Below, in pieces: positions 21,671-32,370 of a stretch of 64,000 nt of DNA. The first letter of the stretch is position 1, and every line of letters starts with the position of its first letter. Source of the DNA: Fonticula-like sp. SCN 57-25 (Eukaryota); the NCBI GenBank assembly GCA_001724245.1, contig MEDX01000015.1:1-64000 (forward strand). Direction: 5' to 3'. The notes beneath the pieces are model-generated. The model was not told where the DNA came from, made no database searches, and saw only the letters and a program-made list of their open reading frames with translations. Both the position numbers and the translations under genes were made by a program.

Positions 21671-22180
21671 ATGGAGAATTCAGGGTCGTCGCCGGCGCCG
21701 TCGCCGTCGCCCTTGCTCTCGTCAGCCTCCGGCTCGACCATGTCTGGCAGCCGCGGCCCGGCCATCTCGCCTTCGCCGCCGCCGACCGTGGGCTTCACCT
21801 TCACTGTGAACCACATGAACCCTCAGCTGCGCCTGGCCGTTATCGAGTGGCTCGACCGCCGCCAGATGCGCGAGAACGCCGAGTACAACCTGCTCAGCGC
21901 GGTGCAGGCCGCCTCGTCACTCAGGAAGCGGCCAAAGCCGACAACGAGGAAGAAGCCCAAGGATAAGGACCCGCAGGGCGGGAATGTGCACCTTACGCAC
22001 AGGGGCGTCCCAAGCACATCCTGGGTGTCGCGCGGTATTTGCCTCTGGGCAGGCTGCGGCGCCGTTACACGCACTGTCTGCGATCTCGCCGAGCACATGC
22101 AGTCCGCCCATGAGAGAAAAGCCCCGGCCTCCTCCCCGTCTACCGCCCCCCTCAACGTCGTCGATGACGACGCTGTATAA
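21671..22180 (+). CDS. Small protein with one C2H2 zinc finger
   Basis: CLWAGC-x9-LAEHMQSAH; basic patch RKRPKPTTRKKPK. Confidence 0.65.
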   Translation: MENSGSSPAPSPSPLLSSASGSTMSGSRGPAISPSPPPTVGFTFTVNHMNPQLRLAVIEWLDRRQMRENAEYNLLSAVQAASSLRKRPKPTTRKKPKDKDPQGGNVHLTHRGVPSTSWVSRGICLWAGCGAVTRTVCDLAEHMQSAHERKAPASSPSTAPLNVVDDDAV

Positions 22181-22328
22181 ACCCTTTCCATGATTATTAT
22201 GCCTATGCTGTTTTGTGTACATTATTTTAAGTCAAACGCTTTCCTACTGTATTATACAAACGAAAAAGGAAATAAATAACGGATATATCAAACAACAACT
22301 AAACAACGAAAAAAGCGGCGCTGCCTCA

Positions 22329-24644
22329 TCAAAGGTTGAGCGAAATGGCCCCGCAGGCGCGCTCGGCAGCGAGCTCGGCGCGCAGAGCCGCCGCCTCCTC
22401 CTCCCACTTGAGCGCGGCCGCCTCGTGCTTCTCAATGAGACGGCGCAGCGTGCGCTGCTCGTACTCGCGCTTGCCGAGAATGTCGGCAATCTCAGTCTTG
22501 CTGTCGGCCAGCGCCAGGCGAAGCATCGACACCTCGGCGCGAAGCTCGGCAAGCTCGGCGTCGCGCGTGTCCTCCTCCTCCTTGGCGGGCGTCTCGGCCG
22601 ACGCGACCGTCTCGTCAAGAGGCGTCTCGGGCTCCTCCTCCTCCTCGTCGGCAGAGTCAGAGTCAGAGTCAGAGTCGGCCTCGCTCTCCTCAGCCTCGGC
22701 CTCGCTCTCCTCCTCCTGAGTTTCCTCCTCCTTCTGCTCGACCTCGGCGACCGCGGGCTTGGGCTCAACCTTTTCGCCGTGAGGGAAGCGCCACTTGTCG
22801 ATGGCGGCAAAGAGCTCGTCGGCGAGCGTCGGCGTGCGCGCGAGGATGTGGAAAGTGCTGACAACGCCCGGCTCGAGGACGAGCATGATGGTAAGGCCGC
22901 GGTCGCCGGCGCGCTCGCAGCGCAGCGCAGGGACGAGCCACGTGTTGATGGCGGCACCGCTGTAGACGCGGCCAGTGTCCTCGTCGCGCATAAAGATGAG
23001 GCGCGTGTTGCCCGAGGCCGACGTGTGCGCGACAAGAATGTCGCCCTTGCCAAAGCGGTCCCAGGCGCCGTCGCGCAGCACCTTGACGAGCACCGTCATG
23101 CGCGCAACGTTCACCTCGCCGCGGCTGAGACCCATCTGCGCGTCGGTCAGGTCGACGGCCGGCGGGGGCGCGGCCTCCTCAATGGGGCCGGTCGACGCGT
23201 TCACGCCGCTGGCGCTGCTGGCGGCCGACGTAGAGCGCGACACCTTGCTGTCAACCGACGACGCCGACGTCGAGCGGGCGGCGGCGCCGCTATCGCCGGG
23301 CACGTGGAGGTGCTGGCGCGGCGCGGCGACGCTCTTGCGCGCGCCGAGGATGGCGAGCCACGCGCGCTTGTCGTCCTCAGTGGACGCCTGCACAATCAAA
23401 AGGTCCTGCGGCTTGCTGATGCGCAGCTCAAACATGTGGCGGCCAAACTCCATGTCGGGGATGTCCATCGCGCTGACGTCGGCAATGTGCGCGAGCGGGC
23501 GGAAGAGCTTGTACGGCTTGGCGCCCGAGGCGACGGCGGCGGCAGCGGCGGCAAGCGCGCTGGGCGTGATGCCGTTGCACGCGGCGTGGCCGTCGGCGGC
23601 CTCAATAAGCAAAACAGTCTCGCCGACAATGGCGAGGGTAAACTCGCGGCGCGACTTGATCTTCATCTCCTTGATCGAGACGTGCGCAACGTCGCTCTGG
23701 CGGGTGATGCGCGTGCTCGTGTTGCGCGCAAGGGCCACGTGCTGGGTGCCAAAGTCAATGGCCTGCTGGAGCATGCGGATGCGGTCCCAGTTCTGCTGAG
23801 CGCGCGTCTCCTCGTTGATGCGCTGGAGCAGCTTGCCCATCTCGTCGACGGCAGCGGCGCACGCGGCATAGTCGGCGTGATCGGCGGGCGTCTTGGAAAC
23901 AATGCTCTGGAGCGTCTGCTTGTACTGGAAAAGGCGCGAGGTCGGGGCCGTAAGGTCCTCACGGATGTTGAGGCGGAGGTGCGCATTGTCGGGCGCGCCG
24001 CTCAGGGACGCAGTAAAGGTGGCAAAAGCGCGGTGGTTGGTCGACTGAAGGCGAGCGACCTCGGCGTTCATGCGATGCTGGTTGCTCGTGTACACGGCGT
24101 AGATCTCGCACTTGCGCACAAAGTCGGTCAAAAGGTCGCCAATGGTCTCGATGACGGGCGACTGGGCTGCCTGGCGCTCAGACAGCGAAGCCATAAAGGC
24201 AGAGTGGAGGGTCGAGACCTCGGACAGGTTGGCAAAAAGGAGGTCGCACTCAATGGCCGTCAGAACACGCGTCTTCTGGATCGGCTGCACATAGACACGC
24301 GAAATATCGGAAAGAACCTCGCAAAAGCTCTGCTCAGTGCGGATCAGCTCAAAGATGGCCTCCTGGCGCTGGCGCTCGGCAGGGCTGATGGCGGCGAGCT
24401 CGAGCTCAGACACATGCTGGGACCAGAGCGTGCCCTCGGGCGACGCCTTGGTGCGGATAACGGGGCGAGCAATAATTTTGCTCGACTTGGCGCTCGAGAA
24501 GATGCTGGCGCCAGTGCGGCGCGCCGGCGTCACGGGCTCCTTGCGACCCGTCGCGCGATCCTTGACAAAGTTGGCCAAATCATTCAACTCGCGACCGTTA
24601 TGCTCGGTCAGCACACCGCGAAGCTTCCTGTCGTCGTCACCCAT
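22329..24644 (-). CDS. RhoGEF (DH-PH) with a second PH-fold (RanBD-like) domain, acidic tract and coiled coil
   Basis: RQEAIFELIRTEQSF, LLFANL, PTSRLFQYKQTLQSI and DDKRAWL; downstream WDRFGKGDIL...RLIFMRD. Confidence 0.85.
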   Translation of the reverse strand: MGDDDRKLRGVLTEHNGRELNDLANFVKDRATGRKEPVTPARRTGASIFSSAKSSKIIARPVIRTKASPEGTLWSQHVSELELAAISPAERQRQEAIFELIRTEQSFCEVLSDISRVYVQPIQKTRVLTAIECDLLFANLSEVSTLHSAFMASLSERQAAQSPVIETIGDLLTDFVRKCEIYAVYTSNQHRMNAEVARLQSTNHRAFATFTASLSGAPDNAHLRLNIREDLTAPTSRLFQYKQTLQSIVSKTPADHADYAACAAAVDEMGKLLQRINEETRAQQNWDRIRMLQQAIDFGTQHVALARNTSTRITRQSDVAHVSIKEMKIKSRREFTLAIVGETVLLIEAADGHAACNGITPSALAAAAAAVASGAKPYKLFRPLAHIADVSAMDIPDMEFGRHMFELRISKPQDLLIVQASTEDDKRAWLAILGARKSVAAPRQHLHVPGDSGAAARSTSASSVDSKVSRSTSAASSASGVNASTGPIEEAAPPPAVDLTDAQMGLSRGEVNVARMTVLVKVLRDGAWDRFGKGDILVAHTSASGNTRLIFMRDEDTGRVYSGAAINTWLVPALRCERAGDRGLTIMLVLEPGVVSTFHILARTPTLADELFAAIDKWRFPHGEKVEPKPAVAEVEQKEEETQEEESEAEAEESEADSDSDSDSADEEEEEPETPLDETVASAETPAKEEEDTRDAELAELRAEVSMLRLALADSKTEIADILGKREYEQRTLRRLIEKHEAAALKWEEEAAALRAELAAERACGAISLNL

Positions 24645-24654
24645 TACGTTGAGA

Positions 24655-24696
24655 TACACACAAAACACACACACACACACACAAACACCCACACAC
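24655..24696. repeat. (CA)n microsatellite just upstream of the RhoGEF start
   Basis: Interrupted acacac run. Confidence 0.8.
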
Positions 24697-24864
24697 TCTC
24701 TCGAAACGCGGGCGCAGAAGCGATTCACAGACGTTTCTGCGATTATTTTTGAATTTTCGTAACGGCAATCAGAGGCAATCAGACGTAAAATCAGGCAAAA
24801 TCAGAGGATGCACACCCTCGCCACCCCTCGAGGGGATCATTTCTCATCTACCTCGACCCTGACG

Positions 24865-26292
24865 ATGGCGGCGCTGTCGGCGGTGTTTTTTGGCGGCAGT
24901 TCGTCGGCGCCCCCGGTCGACGCCGAGTATGCGCAGTACATTGAGGAGCTGACGTCGTTTGGTCTTGAGCGACTCAAGCGCGAGCCGCAGCGCCTGCACG
25001 ATGCGCGCGAGCGATTGAATAGCGATCTTCATCAGCTTTCCGTGCGCGAGTACCGCTCCTTTGTGGCGAATGCCGATGCGACGCAGGCCACGTCGGAAGG
25101 CCTCGCGGCCGTTCGCGAGCGCCTCGATAGCCTAGAGAGCCACCTGCCTGCGCTGGTAGAAGCGTGTAGTAACGTGGAGGAGCGCGCGAGCGCTATCCGT
25201 GAGGAGCGCCGCGCGGTTAATCTTGTGCTGGAGCATCACGGGACGCTGCTTGAGCTGCTCGAGATCCCGCAGCTTCTTGAGACCTGTGTGCAGAACGGCT
25301 ACTATGACGAGGCGCTTGAGCTGGTGCAGCACGCGCATCGCCTGCGCACCCGTTTTGGCCACGTGTCGGTTGTCCGTTCGATCACGCAGGACGTGGCTGC
25401 GCACTGCGACCGCATGGTGAGCCAGTTAATCCGCCTTCTCCGCACCGACATCAAGCTCCCGATGTGCCTTCGCGTGACCGGCTTCCTGCGCCGCACAGAC
25501 TACTTTTCTGACGCGCAGCTTCGCCTTGTCTTTCTTGATGCCCGCGAGGCGGTTCTCTCGTCGCAGCTCGCTGCGATCCCGACGAGCGATCCCGCGGCGC
25601 ACCTGAAGCGCCACATGGACTGCTCGCGCGATCACCTGTTTGACATCATCACGCAGTACCGCGCCATTTTCGCCGACGCGGCAGGCCGCGACCCCGTGCT
25701 GCACGCGTGGGTGCTCCGCCAGACGCACAGCTTCATCGACACGCTCACGGCGCAGCTCGCGCGCGTCCGCGAGGGCGCCGCACTCGCTGCCCTCCTCACG
25801 CAGGCGATGTACTTTGGCCTTTCGCTGGGCCGCGTGGGCGCCGACCTGCGCGTCTTTATCGTCGCGCCGTTTGAGGAGGCTATCTTCCGCGTCACGACGA
25901 GCATCCTCGCCGAGGGGCTCGGGCGCTTCACAAACGAGCTGCCAACGGCGCCGCGTGCCACGTGCACGAGCGCGCAGGGCAAGGGCGAGAGCGTGCTGCT
26001 TGACAGCCCGCCTCTCGGGCTTCTGTACAACACCTTTATGGCGGCCACGAACGAGCTCAGGCAGGTCGCGCCGCTCAGCCTCATTGAGCGGCTCGCCGAC
26101 GCGTACCGCCAGACACTCGCCGACGCGGCCGCGGCAATCGTCGAAAACAAGCGCGACGACCACATGGAGCTGTTTACCACGGTGCTCGCACCGGCGGCCG
26201 TCCGCGCGTTTGCAAGCGTGTACGCGTCGCACGCGTCAATGGTCACCGAGCGCATCGCCGTGCAGCAGATCTGCGCCCAGTTTTCGGCGTAG
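24865..26292 (+). CDS. COG8: Conserved oligomeric Golgi complex subunit 8 (Dor1)
   Basis: LLELLEIPQLLETCVQNGYYDEAL, LFDIITQYRAIF and MYFGLSLGRVGADLR. Confidence 0.95.
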   Translation: MAALSAVFFGGSSSAPPVDAEYAQYIEELTSFGLERLKREPQRLHDARERLNSDLHQLSVREYRSFVANADATQATSEGLAAVRERLDSLESHLPALVEACSNVEERASAIREERRAVNLVLEHHGTLLELLEIPQLLETCVQNGYYDEALELVQHAHRLRTRFGHVSVVRSITQDVAAHCDRMVSQLIRLLRTDIKLPMCLRVTGFLRRTDYFSDAQLRLVFLDAREAVLSSQLAAIPTSDPAAHLKRHMDCSRDHLFDIITQYRAIFADAAGRDPVLHAWVLRQTHSFIDTLTAQLARVREGAALAALLTQAMYFGLSLGRVGADLRVFIVAPFEEAIFRVTTSILAEGLGRFTNELPTAPRATCTSAQGKGESVLLDSPPLGLLYNTFMAATNELRQVAPLSLIERLADAYRQTLADAAAAIVENKRDDHMELFTTVLAPAAVRAFASVYASHASMVTERIAVQQICAQFSA

Positions 26293-26425
26293 AGTAGACA
26301 GATTCTTATGTGTAAATAATGTTGATATTCGTGTAATACTACAATAAACAATGCTACAAATTGCGTTCTGCCGCAAAAATGACAGCCGGCGACGCGCTAA
26401 TTAAACAAAAAACTGAAAACAATAT

Positions 26426-28041
26426 TTAGCGAATGTTCTTTTCCGTGTCCATGAGAACGTTGACGACGGCGGAGAGGTTGCCCTGGTACAGGCTGAGCAG
26501 CCTGAGGTTCTCTGCGCGGTTCGCGAGCCCAAGCTCCTTTAGCCTGGTGAGCTGCTCGGCGTACTTTTGCGACGCGACCGTCTCTGCCGCCGGGCTGAGC
26601 GGCTCGTTCCCCTTTGCCGGCGGCGCCTCGACGACCACCTGGCAGCTGACCGCCGCGCCAAAGCGGTGCCCCTCGAGCGTTGTGAGCTGCCACGACGACG
26701 CGTGCGTGCCGGCGCGCGCCGGCGCGACCAGCGGCGCCTCGAGCAGCACCTGCTGCCCGGGCGACACGCGCATCAGCACCGGCACAGACGTCATCGCGCC
26801 CATGCGGTCGCCATTGACGAGCTGCAGCTTGACGCCCGCGGGCCACGCGACGCGGCTGTTGTTGCGGAGCGTCCAACGCTGCACAAACGACTCGCCGGGT
26901 GCGAGCGGGCGGGCGCTCGGCACGCGCTGGTCGCCAACAGACTCGCTCGACAAAAACACACTCGAGCTGGGAAATACACGTCAGCAACAAACGAATGTTT
27001 AATTAAGGTAACGCACTCTGCTCCAGCGGCGGACGGCGACACGAGCCGAACAACCGCCTTTTCCTTTTCGTCGCTCTGCCCCTTGGGCACCGCAGTGTTC
27101 GAGTCGACCTTGGTCTCGGTCTGCACCTGCTTCTGTTCCTGCTCCTGCTTCGGCTGCTCGGTGGCTCCGACTGGCGGGAGGAGGACGCGATGGCGCCAAT
27201 GGTCGCCGGGGATGGGCGACCGGATGATCATAAAGACGTGCAACGTGTCGTGCCCGACGACCGCCTCGCACTTGACGCAGAGGTCAAAGTCGGCGCAGTG
27301 GCCGCACTTAAACCGGATGCCGCGGACCGCCGCGCCGCAGCGGCTGCACTCGACGCCTTCATGAAGAACAAGATCAGCATCGTCCTCCTCGTGCTCCACC
27401 TCGAAATGCTCAACCTCGACCTCGGCATCAACCTCGGCGTCATCAGACTCGACGACCTCAACAATGTCTGCGTGCGCCTCGTCTGCCGTCTCACCCGCCA
27501 ATGCAGTCAAAATAGAAATTACGGGGCCGTTGGCAGGTCCGGCGAGCGCGTCCTCAAAGACGTTCTCATCGTCGGCAACGACCGGGGGCGACGGCGGGAC
27601 AGAGTGGAACAGATCCTCCTCTTCGGCCGCCGGCACCTTTACCTGCAGCAGGTCGGCCGTTTGCGGCGCCGGCGCAACGGGCGGCGGGCTCGGCAAAGAG
27701 ACGACGACAAAGCCCTCCTCGATGGGGTAGTCGGCGGGGAGCGATGCCGTCAGAGTCAGCATCGCGGGGCGAACCCGCGCGGCCCTGCGGTAAGCCTCGG
27801 CGACATCGTCGGTGGATGCGATGCGAACAGTCGACTCTCCGTCGCCCACGCAATGCAGCGTGAGCGGCGCCGAGCCGTCCAAAAGAAAAACATCCTTGAC
27901 CAGCGCGAGGAGGCCCTCGTATGTCGGCGAAGCAGCAACGTATTTTGTCACGCCATTCAACTCAACCTTGACCGTCGTGAGTGGCAGTCGCGACGCGCTC
28001 AGCGACGACGACGCCAACGCCGCCGGCTCCACGGACAGCAT
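26426..28041 (-). CDS. NBR1: NBR1/p62-like selective autophagy receptor (PB1-ZZ-FW-UBA; intron 26967-27016)
   Basis: PB1 (VKVEL...DGESTVRIASTDD), ZZ (HEGVECSRC...RFKCGHCADFDLCVKC), FW (FVQRWTLRNNSRVAWP), UBA (LKELGLANRAENLRLL), and LIR-like EEGFVVV. Confidence 0.88.
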
Positions 28042-28174
28042 GGCTCGCGAAGAGTACGGGAGATTACGTGGCGGCCCTCAAAGACCAAATACTCTCCTCA
28101 GGGCAGACGCGGCACTGTGTTGGCACGCAGACGCGCGCTATTTTTCGATTGCGTCAGCGATTGCACAACACTTG

Positions 28175-28222
28175 TGACGTCACATATTAGATTGCTGACG
28201 TCACAACTTGCATCTGACGTCA
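28175..28222. promoter_or_regulatory. Three perfect CRE palindromes (TGACGTCA) in the NBR1/NOP16 bidirectional promoter
   Basis: TGACGTCA at 28175, 28196 and 28215. Confidence 0.7.
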
Positions 28223-28246
28223 CACGGCACACGCGGCTCGATCCCC

Positions 28247-28851
28247 ATGGTGAACCCTCGCCAGCGCCGCAAGCAGCGCAGCGGCACCGGCCGCGTCACG
28301 CGCCGCACGGCCAACAAGCACAACAAGAAGGTGCGTCACGTTGTGCTTGATCTGTAGGACTGCGCTAACACTGCTCGCCAGGTGGTCATCAACAATGAGC
28401 TCATCAAGGAAGTGTGGAACGTGAACGACACGCTCAAGCAAAACTATGAGCGTCTCGGGCTCGCCCACAGCCTCCACACGTCCGTCGGCGTGGAGGGCCC
28501 CTCTATCACCTCCCCTCTCATTCAGAGTACGGATCCCCAATCGCCCGTGCCGTATCACTTACACGCGCTCCAGAGCTCGAGGCGTACGCCGCCGCCGAGA
28601 TCCACGAGGAACACGATCTCTCCGATAACCAGACCAGCACGCTTCGCCGCCTCATCGCCAAGTACAAGGACGACTACAAGGTACCGGATCCTGCTTCTCT
28701 GCTCGTGCTTTTGCTAACCCGATCATCTCAGGCGATGGCGCGCGACATGAAGATCAACAAGTATCAGTTGACCGAGGGTCAGCTGCGCAGACAAATTACA
28801 AAGCTCAATGCCGCCACCGCCGCGCGTGAGGAGGCTGCCGCGAGCTCGTGA
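28247..28851 (+). CDS. NOP16: Nucleolar protein 16 (4 exons)
   Basis: MVNPRQRRK, WNVNDTLKQNYERLGL and LIAKYKDDYK|AMARDMKINKYQLTEGQLRRQI; three short introns. Confidence 0.9.
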
Positions 28852-29160
28852 GCAAATGGCCTTTCTTTTCTAGACGGTCCGTTTGTGCTCAACTGTGTTT
28901 TTATTAGTCGTGTCTTGTGCCTGTACATTCTTAAACGCATATCGAGCAATATATTTGCTGTACATTTGTGTTCCCTGGATGCATATTCCTTGCGCCCACG
29001 TTCTCTATGCAAACGCAAACATATAGGCCAGTTCAGCTGCCCCTGGATCGCGCACGTTTGGGCAGGGAAATACGCGGTGCATGCCGTCAGGAGGTCTGTT
29101 TGAAACCGACTGATCTGACGAAAACCGACAAAACCGACCGCCGCTGCACAACAAAAGCGG

Positions 29161-30933
29161 ATGGCCGACGTGGAAGATGGGGCGGCGGCGCCCAAGCCGG
29201 CGACTCCGACTGTACGCCTCGTTGTGCACTCTTGTGTGCGCTCTTTAGATCGTTATTAATGTGGTTTGTAGCTTTCCCAGCCGCAGCAGCAAACCCAACC
29301 GCGGCGTATTATGGTCATGGCGCATCCCAATGCGCAGCCGCAACATCCCGGCGTGTCAAACTCGCTGTATGAAAAGTCTGGCCGCTACGGTGCGCACTTT
29401 TGCTGCCTGCTTGGTGCTTTTCTAATGATCTGCTACAGTGACTGTTGGTGGAGGTCCGGCGGGGAGCAGCAGCTCGCAGTCTCTTTCGCCCGCGTCCGTT
29501 CCTCCGGCGTTGACCCCGGAGCAGATTGCCGCGATCGAGCGTCGCCGCGAAGAGCTTGAAGAGGCCGACGATCTGCAGCACTATGCCAAGCAGATCAGCT
29601 TAATTTTCCGCCCTGTGCTTGTGTGCATCCTGCTTGTCGTTTGGTGGGTCAAGGTCGAGCAGCAAAACATTCTTGCGATGGGATCGTGCGTACCTGCCCC
29701 TGTAGAGATCCTGCCTCTGACCCTTCTTCCAGGTATTCCTCTCTGCTGTTTACCAACAATGTGTCTACTGGCGAGGCCATCAGCGACGGCCTCATCAATG
29801 CGTTTATCATCATTGGCGTTGTTATCGTGATCACCATTGTATTCGTAATACTCTTTGTCAAGGGCTACATCAAGTTTCTGTACGGCTACCTGCTGGTCGC
29901 GACCGGCCTCCTCCTGGGCGGTACCGGCGGCCTCTTCCTGTACCTTCAGTGCGATGCCCTGGGCGTCCCGCTCGACATTATCACGCTCGTGTTTGTCTGC
30001 TGGAACTTTGCGCTCGTCGGCCTCGTCAGCGTCTTTTGGCACACGCCGCTGTGGTTGCGCCAGATCTACCTCGTGCTCGTCTCGGCCCTGCTTGCCTACT
30101 CCCTCACAAAGATCCAAGAATGGACAACGTGGTTCCTGCTGGGCCTCCTTGTCATTTGGGACCTCGTGGCCGTGCTGACGCCGTGCGGCCCGCTGCGCAT
30201 GCTCGTCGAGTCGAGCCAGCGCCAGAACCAGGAAATCCCGGCGCTGCTCTACTCGGTGACCATGGTCTTTTTCATGGCCGACGCGCCCGCCGACGCCAAG
30301 AAGAAGAAGAAGAAGAGCAAGAAGGCCGCCGCGGGCGCCGTGCAGCTCCGCGACGACGACTCGGACACCGGCGAGGCCGATGCCAGCAAGGATGTCCGCC
30401 TCGTCTCGTCCGAGAGCGACGACATGCCGACGCCCAGCGCGTCGGGCACAAACGTCCCGCTCAAGCCGTACAGCGACGACTACCGCGCCAAGGCGCCGTA
30501 CCCGATGAACTCGCAGATGAGCGGCATGAGTACGCAGGGCCTCCTCGCCAGGTCCGACTCGGTGGCAGTCGCGTCGCCGCCGACGCCCACCCAGCAGCAG
30601 CAGCAGCAGGCCGCTCAGCAGGCGGCGCAGCAGCAGCAGGAAGACGACGATGATGATGATGAGCGCAACGGCATCAAGCTCGGTCTTGGTGACTTTGTGT
30701 TTTACAGCGTGCTTGTGGCGCGCGCGGCGCTGTCGGACTGGACGACCGTCGTGGCGTGCATCTGCTCCGTCATGACTGGGCTCATGTCCACCATCATTCT
30801 GCTCGCCATGTTCAAGCGTGCGCTCCCGGCGCTGCCCATCAGTCTCGTGCTCGGCATCCTCTTTTACTTTGTCACGTCGCTCGTCATCACGCCGTTTGCC
30901 GTGAACAACGTCAGCGTCCTCGTCCACGTATGA
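29161..30933 (+). CDS. PSEN: Presenilin (gamma-secretase catalytic subunit), several 5' introns
   Basis: LQHYAKQI, EWTTW, WDLVAVLTPCGPLRMLVE, IKLGLGDFVFYSVLV and ALPALPIS; both catalytic Asp residues present. Confidence 0.96.
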
Positions 30934-31153
30934 TCAGCACATCATCATCATGCCTTTCTGCGCCTTTATTCTTTCTTTTGCTCTCTTTTTCCTATCGTGT
31001 ACGAGTATACCAACATGTTTCGTTTGCACCTCGTTTCCATTTTCCCTTGGCCGCGCCTTGCGGCCCTTCTTTGGCTATGTGTATGAATGCCCGCCTACCG
31101 ATAAGCGGGGGTACCCCAATGAAAAAACGCGACATTTTTGCTTTATTGAATGA

Positions 31154-31965
31154 CTAGTACAGGATGCGCCTCAAAAACTGCGCGACGTCCATGACCTCCT
31201 CCTCTGTGGCCGTGTGGCCGGCGCCGCTGTACGACTTCATGGTCACGTCCTTGACGCCGATCGACTCGAGGTGCTTGGCGCTCGCGGCGCCGTACTCGAA
31301 CCGCACGACGGGGTCCGCCGTCCCGTGCCCGCAGAACCGCGGCGTTTCATTGTTCACGGTACTCATGGGCGCGCTCGCAAACACGGTGCGGAAGAGGGGA
31401 AGGTACCCGCTCAGCGCGACAAAGCCGGCAAGCTTCTTGTCGGTGGTCAGCGACACGAAATGGGTGCTCGCGGCGCCCTGGGAAAAGCCGCCGAGAACAA
31501 TCTTGCTCGAGGGGATCCCGCTCGACACCTCCGCCTCAATGAGCGAGAGGACGTACGACGCGGTGCGCTCGAGACCGTCGCGATCCTCGTGCGAGCCGCG
31601 ATCCGTAAGCGACACAATGTCGTACCACGATGGCATCCGCATGCCGCCGTTCAGCGTCACAGGATGCGAATTGCTAGCAACAGAATCAGCAAAAGAGAAG
31701 AACAATAAAAGAGGACGCACGCATGGGGAAAGACCCACTTGGTGTTGGGCATGGCAGCGCCGAGCATCTGGCCCAGGAACGACCAGCCATCGCCGCTATC
31801 GCCGAGGCCATGGAGAAAGATGACGGTCGACTGGTGCTGACCCTTGGGCTCGCGAACCAGCGGCGCGCGGTGTGACGACATGCTTGCGGCGGTGGTACCA
31901 AAGCAACGGCTCGCGGTGAACACAAGCGACAGTACAAGGCCCCTCGACGAGACGGCCCGCAGCAT
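31154..31965 (-). CDS. LYPLA1: Acyl-protein thioesterase/lysophospholipase (intron 31674-31720; alternative start 31881)
   Basis: IFLHGLGDSG, VTLNGGMRMPSWYDI, GGFSQG, HGTADPVV and GAGH catalytic-triad motifs; upstream ATG adds a mitochondrial-like presequence. Confidence 0.92.
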
Positions 31966-32370
31966 GTAGGGACGGCCAGCGACCGACCTGAGATGTTGCA
32001 AACTGCAATGCAAACTGATTGCGTATTGTGTCAAAGTGGACCAGAAGTGGACCAAATTGGAGCCACTTTCGGTACAGTATCAACAGTTTGAGGCCATAAA
32101 AGACGCAATGCCAGGTAAAGGACAAGGCACCGCCAAACACGAAATGCGCGCAATTGTATAGTTTTACCCATGGTCAGCTCGGGAGAGACATTGATACACG
32201 TATATTGATGAAACCAAACTGATGCTGCACGGCACTGCATGGCAACGTTACAACAGACAAGCGGTTTATAGAAAAACAGGTAAATAAGATTGACAAACTA
32301 ACACTGAGAGATACCGCTGGGGCCAACTGCCCAACTGCCCGCATGATACTGAAGAGGCTAAAGAAAAAGT

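Noticed and set aside
22215-24752. 845-aa plus-strand ORF
   Set aside because: Antisense shadow of the GC-rich RhoGEF gene; no recognisable motifs.
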